DNA of 20,000 nucleotides from an uncultured virus (IMG/VR IMGVR_UViG_3300042540_001084). Taxonomy: Duplodnaviria; Heunggongvirae; Uroviricota; Caudoviricetes. The first letter of the stretch is position 1. Every line of letters starts with the position of its first letter. The position numbers were made by a program, and so were the translations under genes. Shown piece by piece: positions 18,701 through 20,000 of the stretch. The notes beneath the pieces are model-generated. The model saw nothing but the letters and a program-made list of their open reading frames with translations, was not told where the DNA came from and did not search any database. The stretch is from the IMG/VR virus record IMGVR_UViG_3300042540_001084, one strand, 5' to 3'.

Positions 18701-20000
18701 GGAACAAGCGGAACATCAGGTTCATCAGGAACGAGCGGAACATCAGGTAGCTCAGGTTCATCAGGAACGAGCGGAACATCAGGTTCTTCAGGAACAAGCG
18801 GTACAAATGGAACTTCAGGTTCATCAGGAACGAGCGGAACATCAGGTTCATCAGGAACGAGCGGAACATCAGGTAGCTCAGGTTCATCAGGAACGAGCGG
18901 AACATCAGGTTCATCAGGTACTAGCGGAACTTCAGGTTCTTCAGGAACAAGCGGAACTTCAGGTTCTTCAGGAACAAGCGGTACAAATGGAACTTCAGGT
19001 TCTTCAGGTTCATCAGGAACAAGCGGAACATCAGGTTCATCAGGTACTAGCGGAACTTCAGGTTCAAGTGGTTCTTCAGGAACTAGTGGAACATCAGGTT
19101 CATCAGGTTCTTCAGGAACAAGCGGTACAAATGGAACTTCAGGTTCTTCAGGTTCATCAGGAACAAGCGGAACATCAGGTTCATCAGGTACTAGCGGAAC
19201 TTCAGGTTCAAGTGGTTCATCAGGAACTAGTGGAACATCAGGTTCTTCAGGAACATCAGGTTCTTCAGGAACTAGCGGAACATCTGGAACATCAGGTTCT
19301 TCGGGAACATCAGGTTCGTCAGGTTCATCAGGAACTAGTGGTACTTCAGGTTCTTCAGGAACAAGCGGTACAAATGGAACTTCAGGTTCTTCAGGTTCAT
19401 CAGGTTCTTCAGGAACTAGCGGAACATCTGGAACATCAGGTTCTTCGGGAACATCAGGTTCGTCAGGTTCTTCAGGAACATCAGGTTCTTCAGGAACTAG
19501 CGGAACATCTGGAACATCAGGTTCTTCGGGAACTAGTGGTACTTCAGGTTCTTCGGGAACAAGTGGTACTTCAGGAACATCAGGTTCTTCAGGAACTAGC
19601 GGAACATCTGGAACATCAGGTTCTTCGGGAACTTCAGGTTCGTCAGGTTCATCAGGAACTAGTGGTACTTCAGGTTCTTCGGGAACAAGTGGTACTTCAG
19701 GAACATCAGGTTCTTCAGGAACTAGTGGAACATCTGGAACTTCAGGTTCTTCAGGAACATCAGGTTCGTCAGGAACAAGTGGCTCATCAGGAACTAGCGG
19801 AACTTCAGGTTCATCGGGAACATCAGGTTCTTCGGGTACTAGCGGAACTTCAGGTTCATCAGGAACATCAGGTTCGTCAGGAACAAGTGGCTCATCAGGT
19901 ACTAGTGGAACATCAGGTTCATCAGGAACTAGCGGAACATCAGGTTCTTCGGGTACTAGCGGTTCGTCAGGAACATCAGGTTCAAGCGGAACTAGCGGAA
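15749..20000 (+). CDS. Giant collagen-like (Gly-X-Y) Ser/Thr-rich fibre protein, 3'-truncated (>=1417 aa); absent from the ORF track
   Basis: ATG at 15749 after an A-rich leader: MSFQYKNPVSTTILQTPDSVIRENNTGTNFSVLGIGGYMEV...SSGRRRLGMQVYVQETDTVYQY...AITVTITG, then (GTS/GSS/GTN)n from 16604 to the window end. No stop was seen in frame. Confidence 0.92.
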   Translation, partial: MSFQYKNPVSTTILQTPDSVIRENNTGTNFSVLGIGGYMEVYSLSDLDFIIPNDILINGGVVYYSGNSIPINLTYNVPYSLPNTLTLNNDGISSGRRRLGMQVYVQETDTVYQYTMTGFTSMWDDAETAGSIIDLGSGYEVYDDTPQGAALLDAWTGSTIEGVGGVTKNNARWQIFWGSDVQITGGTYFSGTSDLDLYNNTGGTITISGFTAPITGGTYNSGTQTLTLTNSLGDDIQITGFTSGGGSPLTVGDGVTTVSNVTGITFNGASVTNDGDGAITVTITGGTSGSSGSSGTSGTSGTSGISGINGTSGTSGSSGTSGSSGSSGTSGTSGSSGTSGTSGSSGTSGTNGTSGSSGTSGTNGTSGSSGTSGTNGTSGSSGSSGTSGTNGTSGSSGTSGTSGVSGADGTSGTSGSSGTSGSSGTGGSSGSSGTSGTSGSSGTSGTSGSSGTGGSSGTSGSSGTSGTNGTSGSSGSSGTSGTNGTSGSSGSSGTSGTSGSSGTSGTNGTSGSSGSSGTSGTNGTSGSSGSSGTSGTSGSSGSSGTSGTSGSSGTSGTSGSSGTSGTSGSSGTSGTSGSSGTSGTSGSSGSSGTSGTNGTSGSSGTSGTSGSSGSSGTSGTNGTSGSSGSSGTSGTSGSSGTSGTSGSSGSSGTSGTNGTSGSSGTSGTSGSSGTSGTNGTSGSSGSSGTSGTSGSSGTSGTNGTSGSSGSSGTSGTSGSSGTSGTSGSSGTSGTNGTSGSSGSSGTSGTSGSSGTSGTSGSSGTSGTNGTSGSSGTSGTSGSSGTSGTNGTSGSSGTSGTSGVSGADGTSGTSGSSGTSGSSGTSGTNGTSGSSGTSGTNGTSGSSGTSGSSGSSGTSGTNGTSGSSGTSGTSGSSGSSGTSGSSGTSGTSGLSGSSGTSGSSGTSGTSGSSGTSGTSGSSGTSGTSGSSGSSGTSGTSGSSGTSGTSGSSGSSGTSGTNGTSGSSGSSGSSGTSGTSGSSGSSGTSGTSGSSGTSGTSGSSGSSGTSGTSGSSGTSGTNGTSGSSGTSGTSGSSGTSGTSGSSGSSGTSGTSGSSGTSGTSGSSGTSGTSGSSGTSGTNGTSGSSGSSGTSGTSGSSGTSGTSGSSGSSGTSGTSGSSGSSGTSGTNGTSGSSGSSGTSGTSGSSGTSGTSGSSGSSGTSGTSGSSGTSGSSGTSGTSGTSGSSGTSGSSGSSGTSGTSGSSGTSGTNGTSGSSGSSGSSGTSGTSGTSGSSGTSGSSGSSGTSGSSGTSGTSGTSGSSGTSGTSGSSGTSGTSGTSGSSGTSGTSGTSGSSGTSGSSGSSGTSGTSGSSGTSGTSGTSGSSGTSGTSGTSGSSGTSGSSGTSGSSGTSGTSGSSGTSGSSGTSGTSGSSGTSGSSGTSGSSGTSGTSGSSGTSGTSGSSGTSGSSGTSGSSGTSG
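16295..16477 (+). repeat. Two tandem 31-aa repeats in the fibre N-terminal region
   Basis: ITGGTYFSGTSDLDLYNNTGGTITISGFTA versus ITGGTYNSGTQTLTLTNSLGDDIQITGFTS, with a 93-nt period (16295 and 16388). Confidence 0.8.
16604..20000 (+). repeat. 9-nt-period degenerate tandem repeat encoding >=377 Gly-X-Y triplets
   Basis: Units such as GGAACTTCA, GGTTCATCA, GGAACAAGC and GGTACAAAT. Gly codons checked at 16955, 17018, 17486, 18152, 18422 and 19997 all lie at exact multiples of 9 from 16604. Confidence 0.95.

Noticed and set aside
16660..19381. Many N-G-T N-glycosylation sequons in the fibre
   Set aside because: Any Asn in the Y position is automatically followed by G-S/T here, so the match carries no information by itself.
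16456..20000. Antisense (P-D/E-V/E)n frame that appears open across the whole array, plus the MNLKF... minus-strand ORFs
   Set aside because: The lack of stops is forced by the restricted G/S/T/N codon set of the sense gene. There is no independent evidence of expression.
16604..20000. Possible CRISPR array or non-coding satellite
   Set aside because: There is no repeat-unique spacer alternation. The 9-nt period with wobble variation indicates coding sequence.

Overview
AT-rich, densely packed, all-plus-strand gene run that reads as the tail/baseplate and surface-appendage module of a large tailed phage, probably contractile-tailed and infecting Bacteroidota (inferred, not searched). There are ten CDSs, the first and last cut by the window edges. 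Five uncharacterised putative virion proteins (one with a PKD-like motif) precede a P2 gpI/T4 gp7-like baseplate wedge protein. These are followed by a Cys-rich protein with about 7 SprB-type repeats, a small single-repeat-like protein, and a protein with a 470-aa Thr/Pro mucin-like stalk. The last gene is missing from the ORF track because it has no stop in the window: 15749..>20000, at least 1417 aa, with at least 377 in-register, proline-free Gly-X-Y triplets built almost only from G, S, T and N. Highlights: (1) this giant Ser/Thr collagen-like fibre; (2) a recurrent [S/T]-G-x-[S/T] motif in most of the proteins, of which the fibre is essentially a concatemer, suggesting a virion glycosylation/modification sequon; (3) a shared ~120-aa C-terminal domain in the baseplate wedge and the SprB-repeat protein; (4) a TATTTAT motif in all three intergenic gaps. 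No RNA genes, CRISPR arrays or mobile elements were seen.
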